From: Octopus bimaculoides
Taxonomy: Eukaryota
Reading direction: 5' to 3'
DNA length: 64,000 bases
NCBI RefSeq assembly: GCF_001194135.2
Contig: NC_068988.1
Coordinates: 51,371,610-51,435,609 of the forward strand
In this document: piece by piece, positions 11,798 to 23,329 of the stretch
How positions within the stretch are numbered: the stretch's first letter is position 1
Layout of the letters: each line of letters starts with the position of its first letter
Program-made: the position numbers and the translations under genes
The notes under the pieces: generated by a model
What the model was told of the DNA's origin: nothing
The model's input: only the letters and a program-made list of their open reading frames with translations
Database searches by the model: none

Positions 11798-11936
11798 TAT
11801 CTATATATATATAGATATATATGTATATGGATATATATGTATTTAGATAGATATATATATATTTATATATATATATAGATATATAGATATTTATATATAT
11901 ATATTTATATATATATATATATATAGATATATATAT
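10855..11936. repeat. ~1.1 kb compound (AT)n/(ATAG)n microsatellite
   Basis: Direct reading. Interrupted by a SINE tail at 11211-11298 and ends in an N-gap. Confidence 0.95.
11211..11298 (+). mobile_element. Family A 3' fragment embedded in a compound microsatellite
   Basis: GCCTGGTGTAGCCACCTGG...GGAAAGCGGAC(GAT)n. Confidence 0.8.
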
Positions 11937-12039
11937 NNNNNNNNNNNNNNNNNNNNNNNNNNNNNNNNNNNNNNNNNNNNNNNNNNNNNNNNNNNNNNNN
12001 NNNNNNNNNNNNNNNNNNNNNNNNNNNNNNNNNNNNAAC

Positions 12040-12440
12040 CACCATACCACGCAACACCACATCACACCACCTCGCACACAATAGCACTGACCACTTACCT
12101 GCACCCACACCATCATCCACACGCACACTCAAGGTCACCAGCCCTCTTACACATACATGCTCTCTTCACACACACGCATGCCTTCGTTCTGGGATCACAC
12201 TACTGTATTATCTCCCCTTCCTAGCTCTCCTGTGTGACCCCTCTGTCCAGCATTCACCATGACAGATCGCTAGCCACTACACACTCTTTATTTTCTCTCC
12301 ATTTCTTTCTGTGTTCTTTTCTGTGGAAGAGCATAGGATCGAAACGTTAAAGACATTTTCACTTCCCGAGCATTAAACTAATACATCTGTTTATTGTCTA
12401 CACCACCTGTCTTTGCCTTTTGTTTTTTTGTGAAGTCTTC
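12040..12440 (+). mobile_element. Penelope-like terminal repeat (pLTR-like) with hammerhead-like fold at 12317-12352
   Basis: Pyrimidine-rich tract then TTTT-CTGTGGA-A-GAGC(ATAG)GATC-GAAA-CG-TT-AAAG. Homologous in reverse to 15125-15440. The Penelope assignment is inferred from the minimal-HHR architecture. Confidence 0.55.
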
Positions 12441-12481
<41 letters not shown>

Positions 12482-12539
12482 CATATATATATATATATAC
12501 ACACATAGTGAACATATATATGCATAGAGAACATTCTAA

Positions 12540-14705
12540 GAATCGATTGAAATGCGCCAAATCTCTGGTTCTGAATGTTCTCAGGATCCAGCCAGCCAGT
12601 CGTCTGCATTTTGTCACCATCCTGGTAATGTGCACTGGGAAAGAAGTATTACTTTTGGATACTGGTAGCACAGGGCTTGGAATTTTTCAGTATTTAACTG
12701 CATATTATTATCCTCAGCCTGTCTGTAAATTAAGTCCAACTCCTGCTGCAGATGTGCAACATCACTGAGGTTCTATTTGTGTTTTCATAGAGGTGGCTCC
12801 ATTAGCCACTACTGCCTGACTTTTATCTTTCAGAAAGTCATGTAACCACTCTCCAAGTTTTCCAGCTATGCCGTGATCACGCAGTTTATGGCATATCATA
12901 CCATGATCCACTTTGTCAAAAGCTTTTGCTAAATCAAGGTATATTACATCCACATTTGAGTTGTTGAGTAACTGCCTCAACACCCAGTAATAATGTTGTA
13001 AGAGCTAATCAGGCTGGAAGAAGTAGAAGGAGCAAGAACGAAAGACAAGGAAGAGTTCCCGTTCCTTCCGCCACTTTCCCTGCGAGCGCCCTTTCCTGCA
13101 ACTCCCGACTCCAGCAGCTGAGTTTGTGTCAACCTCATCTGTGGCCAGTGTTACAACTTCTTCAATCTTTATGTACTCAATTTTGCCTCTTTGGTTACAG
13201 GTAAAGTGGCAAAGTATCTTGTGTCCCCGAGGTGTAGTGAACAGAATTTGGAACTGTTTGTTCAGTATTTCTCTTATCCTCATGGGGTTTCCTGTGAGGG
13301 AGCCATCTCTTTGGAAGAAGGTTCATATCTTGTGGTGTAATGAGGCTGTTTCTTTGGCAAACTTAAAGAAAGCTTCACAGTTCAACTTGATATTTTCTAT
13401 AATCCAAGCTTCTTTATCTGCTCTCTCATTTCCATAAGACTGATGCAGACTTTTCTCAATCTCCAATAGCACTCTCTCCAGGTGAGATTTCTTGCCACTT
13501 TTAGGGTACTTTTTCAGGTGGTTCGCAATCTTTGTCTATTGTCTCATAAAAATCTTCCTTTCCCTAGGGATCCTATTTTTGTGTATGTTGGCCTTGCACA
13601 ATGGGACAGATTTGTCACATATGGCTTGTATTATGGACATGAAATGTTTGTGTTTCATGTCAATGTCTGGTGTGGAGAGATATTTAGGCCAATCCTGTTT
13701 GAGGATTGATTTCTCAATCAGCTTCCAATTTGCTTTGTGAAAATTTAGCTTGAAGAGATTTTGGGTGCTTCATATAGGCTGTATGTCTGCAGGAGCTTTT
13801 GGTCCATACATAGACAGCTCTATTATATTGTGGTCCGAGGTCAGTGTCAGTGTTACTTTAACATTATGGATAATATCCATATTGTTTGTGAAGCAGAGAT
13901 CTAGTATATTATTTGCCCTGGCTGGTTGCAGCACGATTTGCTCCATGAAAGAAGTATTGGTAAAGTGGAGCAGGGACTCCACCTGTGCTTACTGGTGGTG
14001 TGTCATTCCTGGTGGTGTGTCATTCCAGGATCTCGCATTGGGGAAGTTGAAGTCACCCAAAAGGAATACACTGATGTGTCGTTCCAGTTTGGTGATAACT
14101 TCTCCTACCTTTGCTAGGCAGTCTTCACACTTGCCTGTATGACTTGGAGCATCCGGTGGGCGATATGTAGTACGTATAACAATATTAAGTTGTCTTATGT
14201 GTACAATTTAAGTGTCATACATCAGATTTGATTATGACAACAGGACCTGAGGTATGAGGTCCTCTTGGATGTATACAGCAACTCCACCATGGCTCCTCTC
14301 TTTTCTATCTGAGCATATGACAGCATATTGTGGTATGTGTACTTTTGTATCCCCTATATCAGGTCTAAGATGCGTTTCTACAAGTGCCATGCATAAAGCT
14401 TGATTGCATGTCACAAGGTCTCTCAGGATTGAGATTTTTGTTTTACAGTTGCCATGCAACAGCCCTCTTATATTCAGAAGAAATATTTTTGTGAAGTGTG
14501 TGTTGGTGTTAGTGGTGGCCATCCTGTCTCTATTGTTGGTGGTTGCCTTGTGTGGTGGTGTGTGTAGTTCTGGGTTTGTAATTGAAGCCAGGTCAGCTGC
14601 TGGACAATCTTTTGTGTCATGCACAAAAAAGATTCCTGTTCAGCTGCTACCTTTTTCACATCTGGGTGAAGCTGGCTGTTTGTTGGGCCATGCACTACAT
14701 CCACA
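12540..14705 (-). mobile_element. Degenerate, internally deleted CR1/L2/Jockey-group LINE ORF2 (APE endonuclease plus RT remnants)
   Basis: EN motifs LLNIRGL, LVETHL, SDRKERSHGGVAVY, YRPP, LLGDFN, ILDLCFTNN, TSDHNII. RT motif YLDLAKAFDKVDH. Later RT segments HLQQELDLIY..NNMQLNTEKFQ and KCRRLAGWILRTFRTRD. Stops and frameshifts throughout. Confidence 0.9.
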
Positions 14706-14839
14706 TATCGTCTTTCGGGAGTACATGCCTATATATATATATGCATGTGTAAAAATTTATATACATGCATATATGTATGTATATATGTATCTGTATGTAT
14801 ACATTCACATATGTTCATGTATATATATATGTTTATGGT

Positions 14840-14960
14840 TAAAAATGAGACAAAGGAGAGAGACGGGTGAGTGAACAACAGACAGGGAGTATTAGTTTGA
14901 TGCTCAGGAAAAAATGTAGGAAGTCTTTGACATTTTGAACCAGTGCTCTTTCTATAGGAA
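14840..14960 (-). mobile_element. Older partial copy of the same pLTR-like family
   Basis: Minus strand CTATAGA-AA-GAGC(ACTG)GTTC-AAAATGTC-AAAG followed by the same tail (cctgagcatcaaactaatac..ctgttgttcac). Confidence 0.45.
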
Positions 14961-15124
14961 GGGATAAGGGGGAAAGTAGGAAAATAGATGGATACAAGAA
15001 AAAATTGTTGAGGAAAAAGAAACATGTCTGGATTAACAGTTGTACTTGTATGTGTGGGTACATATATATGTATGCATGTGTGGCTCATTGGTCAGAACAT
15101 CGGGTTACAATCATGAGGTAGTGA

Positions 15125-15440
15125 GAATTTACAAGAAAATAAAAGACAAAGACGGGTATGTAAACAACAAACAGATGTGTTAGTTTATCACTCGGGAAGT
15201 GAGAAAGTCTTTTATGTTTCAAGCCTACGCTCTTCAACAGAAAACGGTGAATGCTGGAGAAAGGGGTCACACAGGAGAGCTACGAAGAAGGGGAGATAAT
15301 AAAGTAGTGTTGATCTCAAAATGAAAGTGCCCGTGTGTGTGTATGTGAGAGCGTTTATGTGCATGTGGAAGGGGGCTGTTGACTTTGACATGTGCGTGTG
15401 TAGGTGTATGGATGATGGTGTAGGTGCTGAGAAGTGGTCA
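15125..15440 (-). mobile_element. Penelope-like terminal repeat with hammerhead-like fold at 15209-15244
   Basis: Minus strand TTTT-CTGTTGA-A-GAGC(GTAG)GCTT-GAAA-CA-TA-AAAG. Same family as 12040-12440. It abuts a truncated tRNA-SINE head at 15082-15125. Confidence 0.55.
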
Positions 15441-15450
15441 TATGTATATG

Positions 15451-15485
<35 letters not shown>

Positions 15486-15486
15486 T

Positions 15487-15740
15487 CCTGGCACGTGGAA
15501 AGACATTTGAGCGTGGCCGTTGCCAGTACCGCCTGACTGGCCTTCGTGCCGGTGGCACGTAAAAGCACCCACTACACTCTCGGAGTGGTTGGCGTTAGGA
15601 AGGGCATCCAGCTGTAGAAACTCTGCCAAATCAGATTGGAGCCTGGTGTAGCCACCTGGTTTCACTAGTCCTCAGTCAAATCGTCCAACCCATGCTAGCA
15701 TGGAAAGCGGACGTTAAACGATGATGATGATGATGATGAT
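15487..15740 (+). mobile_element. SINE-like repeat family A (RTE-type tail ending in GTTAAAC(GAT)n), long young copy
   Basis: GTTGGCGTTAGGAAGGGCATCCAGCTGTAGAAACTCTGCC...ATGCTAGCATGGAAAGCGGACGTTAAAC(GAT)n, near-identical at about 8 places in the window. Confidence 0.85.
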
Positions 15741-15890
15741 ACTTGGATGTTAAACTGAAAATTTCCAGTCGTTGCCATATCTTTATTTATAAGTATGCAT
15801 GTACTTATGTAGACATGTATATATATTCCGTATATTAGATCCGAGGAGTTTTATCTCTTCATTTGCATCATTGTTTCTCTCTTTCTCTTT

Positions 15891-15922
<32 letters not shown>

Positions 15923-15927
15923 ATGTG

Positions 15928-15963
<36 letters not shown>

Positions 15964-15964
<1 letters not shown>

Positions 15965-16112
15965 GTTAGGAAGGGCATCCAGCTGTAGAAACTCTGCCAA
16001 ATTTAGATTGGAGCCTGGTGTTGCCATCCGGTTTCACCAATCCTCAGTCAAATCGTCCAACCCATGCTAGCATGGAAAGCGGACGTTAAACGATGATGAT
16101 GATGATGATGAT
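15964..16112 (+). mobile_element. Family A copy
   Basis: Same sequence as 15590-15740 with a (GAT)n tail. Confidence 0.85.
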
Positions 16113-16344
16113 ATACACACATGCATGCATGGAAGGTGTGGAACAAAGTAGTGAGTTAAGATCTTCAGATGATGGGCCTGACTGGGCAGACGACAGGGCA
16201 CCAAGAGTCCTAGCAGTTTGCTGTGCTTGGGAAGACGTTAAGCTAAGTAAAATTGAAGTTGCTCTTGCATACAGGCATGTCCTCTGCATCACTCTTCAGT
16301 TGAGCATTCCTAATCTTGTGGGCTCTAGTGCCACATAGAAATCA

Positions 16345-16471
16345 CCCATACCGGTATCATGTAAAAGCACGCAGGACACTCTGTAATGTGGTCGGCATTA
16401 GGAAGGGCGTTTTCATCTGGCCAGTTACCTCATGCCAGCATGGAAAACAGACATTAAATGATGATGATGAT
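16345..16471 (+). mobile_element. Older family A-related copy
   Basis: GGCATTAGGAAGGGC..CATGCCAGCATGGAAAACAGACATTAAAT(GAT)n. Confidence 0.6.
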
Positions 16472-16496
16472 AACATACACACACACATCACACACA

Positions 16497-16587
16497 CATC
16501 ATCATCATCATCGTTTAACGTCCGCTTTCCATGCTGGCATGGGTTGGACGATTTGACTGAGGACTGGTGAAACCGGATGGCAACACC
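16497..16587 (-). mobile_element. Family A 3' fragment, inverted
   Basis: (ATC)nGTTTAACGTCCGCTTTCCATGCTGGCATGGGTTGGACG...GGATGGCAACACC. Confidence 0.85.
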
Positions 16588-17404
16588 CACACATATATAC
16601 ACACACGCACATATATGCACACATCACACACACATACATGCATACATAGGTCAGGCAGCTCTTATTGAAATAATTTCCTATTGGAAGATGCCCTTCATGT
16701 CACCAACCTCCGGCTATTTATATGTAACATGTTTTCACTTGGCCAGACATGTTCTGACAGAATATTAAAAATGAATAACTCTTACTATGTATCTATGACA
16801 ATCATCTTTCAACTGTCATGTTATGTGAAAAGGAGACATCTTTCTACTTCTTTCGTCTTCCCACTTTACTCTTCCCTTTTCTTTTTATAAATACTTATTC
16901 TATAAATAATAGTTCTATATTTTTATGATATTCCAACTATTATTTGACCCAGTATTTTGCTTGATTTTCTGGGATGCATGTAGTTTTTTTCCTTTAACCT
17001 GACAGCCTCCTTTCCTTCATTGTCCCCTTCACATATGTTGCTGTCTCTTCTTTCTTTCATTCCTTCCTTTATTCCCACCCTCCTTTTCTTTCTTTGATGT
17101 TCTGTTTGGCCTGCCCATTAATTGATGAATTAATGGCTCATTAAGAATAATTGTAGTGGTTACTGGAATCTGAAACCTTTCCTGCCTTCTCAGATTGTTT
17201 ATTATAAACTAGGTACTTTGACCTGGCTGCACTAAGGACCTTGGTGTCACAATAGATCTTATGTTGGAGTTTATGCCACTTTCTGTTTCTTCAGTTCCTT
17301 TATTTTTTGCACTTCCTCTATTGGCATGTGAACCTGATTGTTGCCTCTTTGTTAATTTTATTTGATGAAATATGAGGACTTCATTTCTTTCCTCCTCCTC
17401 CTCC

Positions 17405-17410
17405 TCTCTC

Positions 17411-17463
<53 letters not shown>
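17405..17463. repeat. (CT)n microsatellite
   Basis: Direct reading. Similar CT/CA tracts at ~15895-15922 and 59155-59270. Confidence 0.9.
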
Positions 17464-17466
<3 letters not shown>

Positions 17467-17994
17467 TCTTTTGTGTCTTTCTTTTGTCTTTGATTTCATC
17501 TTAAAAATCTCATCATGATAAATAAATTTGTATCTTGAGAGGGTCAATAATAAACAAATGCACTGGTTCAGTTTCTCTTAATTTTTTGTTGATTGATTAG
17601 CTATTTAATCAACTAACTAATCAATTATTTTATTAATCATTTTGGCTACCCAATCAATCAGTTGTTTTTGCCAGAGTCCTTTGATCACCATTTGTAACCT
17701 CTTCAGTGACATACTCTTTCTACTTAAGATTAGTTTGCAAGTCTCAGATATGATTTATCAAACAATTTATTTGTTGGTTGAATTAACAAATACTAAGGAA
17801 GTGAAATTGAACCAGTGTATGTGTATTATTGGCATAATGACTTTCCCAGGGTACAACAAAATCTGTTTCAACATATGGGTTTACATCAAGAATCTTGCAA
17901 ACCTAATACAAAACCAATGTATGATAAACGGAGTGAGTCTGTACTACTATCTCTGGCATTTTAGCCAGTAATATTAATAGTGATTTCAAATCTA

Positions 17995-18160
17995 GGTGCA
18001 GGCATGGCTGGCTATGTGGTAAGAAGTTTGCTTTCCAACCACATGGATCTAGGTTCAGTCCCATTGCGTGGCACCTTGGGCAAGTGTCCTCTAGTATAGC
18101 TTTGGGTTGATCAAGGTCTTGTGAGTGGGTTTGGTAGATGGAAACTGAAAAAATATCTGT
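17995..18160 (+). mobile_element. tRNA-derived SINE family B
   Basis: GCAGGCATGGCT..GTGGTAAGAAG (A box), GGTTCAGTCCCA (B box), GCACCTTGGGCAAGTGTC..GTGAGTGGGTTTGGTAGATGGAAACTG. Other copies at ~10742-10845, 22922-23015, 23872-24005, 51325-51480 (+). Confidence 0.8.
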
Positions 18161-18178
18161 ATGTATATATATATATAT

Positions 18179-19049
18179 NNNNNNNNNNNNNNNNNNNNNN
18201 NNNNNNNNNNNNNNNNNNNNNNNNNNNNNNNNNNNNNNNNNNNNNNNNNNNNNNNNNNNNNNNNNNNNNNNNNNNNNNNNNNNNNNNNNNNNNNNNNNNN
18301 NNNNNNNNNNNNNNNNNNNNNNNNNNNNNNNNNNNNNNNNNNNNNNNNNNNNNNNNNNNNNNNNNNNNNNNNNNNNNNNNNNNNNNNNNNNNNNNNNNNN
18401 NNNNNNNNNNNNNNNNNNNNNNNNNNNNNNNNNNNNNNNNNNNNNNNNNNNNNNNNNNNNNNNNNNNNNNNNNNNNNNNNNNNNNNNNNNNNNNNNNNNN
18501 NNNNNNNNNNNNNNNNNNNNNNNNNNNNNNNNNNNNNNNNNNNNNNNNNNNNNNNNNNNNNNNNNNNNNNNNNNNNNNNNNNNNNNNNNNNNNNNNNNNN
18601 NNNNNNNNNNNNNNNNNNNNNNNNNNNNNNNNNNNNNNNNNNNNNNNNNNNNNNNNNNNNNNNNNNNNNNNNNNNNNNNNNNNNNNNNNNNNNNNNNNNN
18701 NNNNNNNNNNNNNNNNNNNNNNNNNNNNNNNNNNNNNNNNNNNNNNNNNNNNNNNNNNNNNNNNNNNNNNNNNNNNNNNNNNNNNNNNNNNNNNNNNNNN
18801 NNNNNNNNNNNNNNNNNNNNNNNNNNNNNNNNNNNNNNNNNNNNNNNNNNNNNNNNNNNNNNNNNNNNNNNNNNNNNNNNNNNNNNNNNNNNNNNNNNNN
18901 NNNNNNNNNNNNNNNNNNNNNNNNNNNNNNNNNNNNNNNNNNNNNNNNNNNNNNNNNNNNNNNNNNNNNNNNNNNNNNNNNNNNNNNNNNNNNNNNNNNN
19001 NNNNNNNNNNNNNNNNNNNNNNNNNNNNNNNNNNNNNNNNNNNNNNNNN
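18179..19049. other. Assembly gap (largest). Other gaps: 4788-4904, 11937-12036, 27962-28100, 40978-41001, 55083-55112, 56786-56795, 57203-57335
   Basis: Runs of N, mostly adjacent to microsatellites. Confidence 1.
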
Positions 19050-19925
19050 ATACATGTATATGAACTGTGGAACTAACTTGGGCTTAGAATATTAACTAAC
19101 TATACAGAATATTTTTTCTTTTGAAATCATCTCTCTCTAGAAAATGCAAAAATGTATTAATTAAAAATCTGAAATAAATTTCTTCATTAAATCTTCATTA
19201 ATAATCTTTTTTTTGTTTTATATGGTTTTGAACCATATTTCTTTGATGTTATTCATTTTTTACAAAATTATTGGTTAATTGAGTGAAGCAGCTTTGAAGA
19301 ATTTCTTAATTCAATTAATAATAGATTACTTATAGTTTAATATGTGTCACAGCAAACCTTGAATTTCTTATAGATCTTATAAGATTTCTTATCTTTTCTG
19401 TTCTTAACAATAATACCCTTGTCTATTATCACACCTAATTAACACACTTGATGTACACGTTCTGTGTATAAAATGTGTAATTAACAAATTTGAACCTTGA
19501 AGCAATTGTTTTGTATTTTTTTAAAGACTCAGTTAATATATTCCTCCCACTTGATGGTAGAATATGATACATTTAAAATTGACTCTTCTCTATCATTAAA
19601 GCTAGAACATTCTTATATATATATCAAGTATTTTTATATAACACTGTACCAGTTAAATACCAAATGGAAAAACATATATTTACTTAATATTGATTTGAGC
19701 TAATGAGAGAACTAGATACAAATAACAACCAAATCTTCCTTGAACCTCAGCAGCACAATGGATAATGTAGTCTGGAATAGACTATTGTTGAAAAATATCT
19801 GGATGATCATAGTTTGAATGCATTTCATCATCACTCTACGCAATCAAGGCTGGCTTGGGAATAAACAGCTAATAGAAATATCTTTCTATGGTTTTAGATC
19901 TTGTCTAGTGCATTTATGTATACAT

Positions 19926-20083
19926 GAGTGGTTGGCGTTAGGAAGGGCATCCAGCTGTAGAAACTCTGCCAAATCAGACTGGAGCCTGGTGTTGCCATCC
20001 GGTTTCACCAGTCCTCAGTCAAATCGTCCAACCCATGCTAGCATGGAAAGCGGACGTTAAACGATGATGATGATGATGATGAT
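19926..20083 (+). mobile_element. Family A copy
   Basis: Near-identical to 15964-16112. Confidence 0.85.
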
Positions 20084-20419
20084 GGAACATTTTAGCAAAA
20101 TCCCTGTAATTAAACAATTTGATTACCTCTGTTTGTTATACAAATGATATTTTTTAAGCTTACTTCAACAGATGTTTGTTAGATATCTTTTATTTTGGTA
20201 ATGAGCAAACACACACACATACACATACACTGCTTGATAGACATATCAGTAGCGTTGCTTTCATACAGTGATTCACTATTAAAAAAAAACAAACATTGGG
20301 TAGGATATTTTCATACATATTAAGTCATTTCTCAGGATCACCATCATTGTTATTGCTGCTATTACTACTGTAAAAAAGAAAAACATTTGTTCTATTATTC
20401 TTCTAATACAGCCCCATTA

Positions 20420-20760
20420 TATTTACTGTAAAAGCACTCCCCATTTTTTTCTTCTGTTTGTTTCTTGGCTTGATACCATCACATGACCCTTGGTACTTTT
20501 AGCTGAGTTTGATTTGTTGCAAGCATTTAGTCCATACCTCCAACAGAAGGTTACCATAACCTTTGCATGTATCTCAGCACTACTTTTTCCTGGAATGCCA
20601 AAAATCACAAGTAATCTTCTGGATAATTTTCCTTCCCCTTTTCCAATAACCATGGTCTTCATTTAACCTAGTTCCTACTTGTCATCTGTTCACATGCAGA
20701 CCACATATTCTATTTCTTTCTGAGACACAAATCTCTCAGCCTCTGTTTCCAATCCATTTC
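20420..20760 (-). mobile_element. Possible degenerate RTE-type LINE RT fragment
   Basis: Minus-strand MKTMVIGKGEGK.. resembles the RTE post-YADD KTKVMV region. The similarity is weak. Confidence 0.3.
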
Positions 20761-20879
20761 TGTTGTCTAAGCTACACCTTTTTTTTCTTTCTTCACACCT
20801 AAAGGTAGTGTTTCCTCTTTCTCCATTCTCACTACCTTTCATCTCCCTCACCTGGATATAGCCAATAATGTCTTCCCAT

Positions 20880-21660
20880 CCTCTACCATTCTCTTAATTC
20901 TTTGAACCAGCGGCATCGCTTCAGTTGAACCTTCTCTTGCCTTGATGATATATCCTACATTTCACTCCTCTCTGAAGTTAACATCCTCAGTGATTTTCAA
21001 TGCTCATAATGAATGCCTCTCTCAGTCACCCTTCACCACTACTACCAGTGCAGAAACCAAATCTCTCCTCAACTAGCATCAGCTTATCTCATCCCCTGTA
21101 CACATCCCAGATCAAGATAGATATTCTAAACACCCTTGTTCTCTTTCTCACCTCTAACCTCAACCAAACTGTAACTGTCTCCTTATCCATTAGGTCATCC
21201 AACTGTTGCCTCACTGCATACCCAATGTCCATCAATGTACCACTCATCACTCCATTTCCAGCAAGTCAGTTGATTGATCAGAGCTCTGTAGTTTTTCCCA
21301 ATTACCTCTGACAGCATATCTGCTTTAGTCCTGACCATCAGGAACAGCTTGGTGTGGAGCTATCCTTTTTGGCATGTTCTTCACATTTCACACAAATCAA
21401 AAGCTCATTATCCCATGTTATTCTCTCTTAGCTGTGTAATAGTAGTTCAGACAGAAACAAGGCTTATGATGCTTGTAAAAACTCACTCACCAAAACTGGG
21501 TGGCATGCACCTAGTAATGCAATACCTGTGAAACCACTATCCAAACTACAAAAGACAGATTTGTGCATGATTCAGTCAAGCTATCAGGCTTTCCAAACTG
21601 AGCCAATCATTTTGGGCCCTTACCAAAAGGATTTCCACCAGAATTTTCTTTCCCTCTTTG
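20880..21660 (+). mobile_element. Highly degenerate L2/CR1-type LINE endonuclease region
   Basis: Across frameshifts: ILSDF(N)AHNE (GDFN motif), then LVLFLTSNLNQTVTVSLSIRSSNCCLT (LDLFLT..SDH motif). Confidence 0.55.
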
Positions 21661-22360
21661 CAAAATGAGAGTTCTTTGAGCAACTGTTATCCACACAGTC
21701 TCCACCTTCTACCTGCTTTGCAGTCAACTCCACATTGCACAGTCTGCAATTCTGTCCTCTTCCACACATCTACCACTTGCATACATGTCCACTTGTACAC
21801 ACACACACACAAGTTGAAAATCCCTTTGGTTACTTTACTAGCCATGACAATATGATTACCATCAAACAAGAATTTCATTAGTTTGAAATACAAAGTTTGG
21901 GGCAGGGAAATTACTCTTAAAATTATATTAAAGACTTAAATAACCTATGTTAAAAGGAATGAATGCTATTGATTAACCATACCCTACAAAGGTTGCCTTT
22001 CATCAATAGAATATAATAGTTGTCAAGTACTGGACTTGATTAAATTGTTAACATGCTGCTATCAATATGTATGATCTATACCAAAGTTAGAAAATACTAT
22101 TATCAAAATGGATTTCTCAGGTCTAAAAATCACCAAGCTAATTTAGCTATTTTCATCATCAGTGCAATATATTTTTGTTACCATGGTTTCTTTGATAGTG
22201 TTTACAATGCATTGAATTATGTAATTGTCTGGAATTCCTTTTGTTCATTTCATTTCAAAAAGGAGATTGATATAATAAATATACGTAAATCAGACCTTAA
22301 TTCCATTAAGTTTCCCCATTTATTTTTCTATTTTTGGTTTACAGGAAAGAATTTTGTAGT

Positions 22361-22396
<36 letters not shown>

Positions 22397-23234
22397 CAGT
22401 TTGAAAGAAATCCTGTAATTAGGGGGGAAATGTGTAACACACTTTCAGCTGTTGAAATATATTTTTATTGGTTAGTTATTCAACATGAGAATGTAAAATA
22501 CCTTCTTTATGTATGTGGGTTGAATGTACTGTTGTTATTTGTTAAATAACCCATTTTTATCAAATTGAGGAATATTATTCTATAGACTTAGGCTTACATC
22601 CAGCAGGTAGCCTTTAACCTGTTTTCCATCCAAGAACTTTTTATCCAATATATTACATAGTTATTTATAGTTGCATCCACTTTCGAGACTTGATTTATTT
22701 TGTAGATGTTTTTTTTTTTGTTTGTTTTTCACATTGTGTAACTGCTGCATTTTATAACAATTATTCTTGTGGAAGTCTTGGTTTGATGGTAATTATATAA
22801 TATTATATAAACATCTTGTATAATTTGATGGAAATAATAAATGCAATATTTGAAATAGTTAACCTGATTACAATAATATATTCCATCTATTAAATCTAAA
22901 GCAATTAGCAAATTTTTTTAGATGCAGGCATGCCTCTGTGACTAAGAAGCTTGCTTTACAATGATGTGGTTTCAGGTGCAGTGTCAATGCATGGCACCTT
23001 AGGCAACTATGTGAAAGCCTATAGTGTCTGTGTATGGTTTTGTGCTCTCATTCTACTGCTTGACAACCATGTCAGTTATACAGTGTCATTCATTTCTAAT
23101 ATTCTGTAAAAAACATGTCTATCCATGGGAAAATATTGGAAACTGGTGAGGGTTGGTGACAGGATGGGCATCAAGCCATAGAAAATGTACCTCAATAAAT
23201 TCCATGGAAAAATTGAACCTTAAACACACGCGCA

Positions 23235-23235
<1 letters not shown>

Positions 23236-23328
<93 letters not shown>
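23236..23328. repeat. (CA)n microsatellite
   Basis: Direct reading. Others at ~28429-28466 and 49800-49857. Confidence 0.9.

Positions 23329-23329
<1 letters not shown>

Noticed and set aside
10726-12138. Long ORFs rich in Y/I/L/S (166, 151 and 293 aa) and similar YIYI/HTHT ORFs elsewhere
   Set aside because: They are translations of (AT)n, (ATAG)n and (CA)n microsatellites.
18111-19095. 300+ aa ORFs
   Set aside because: They consist of X residues across an N-gap.
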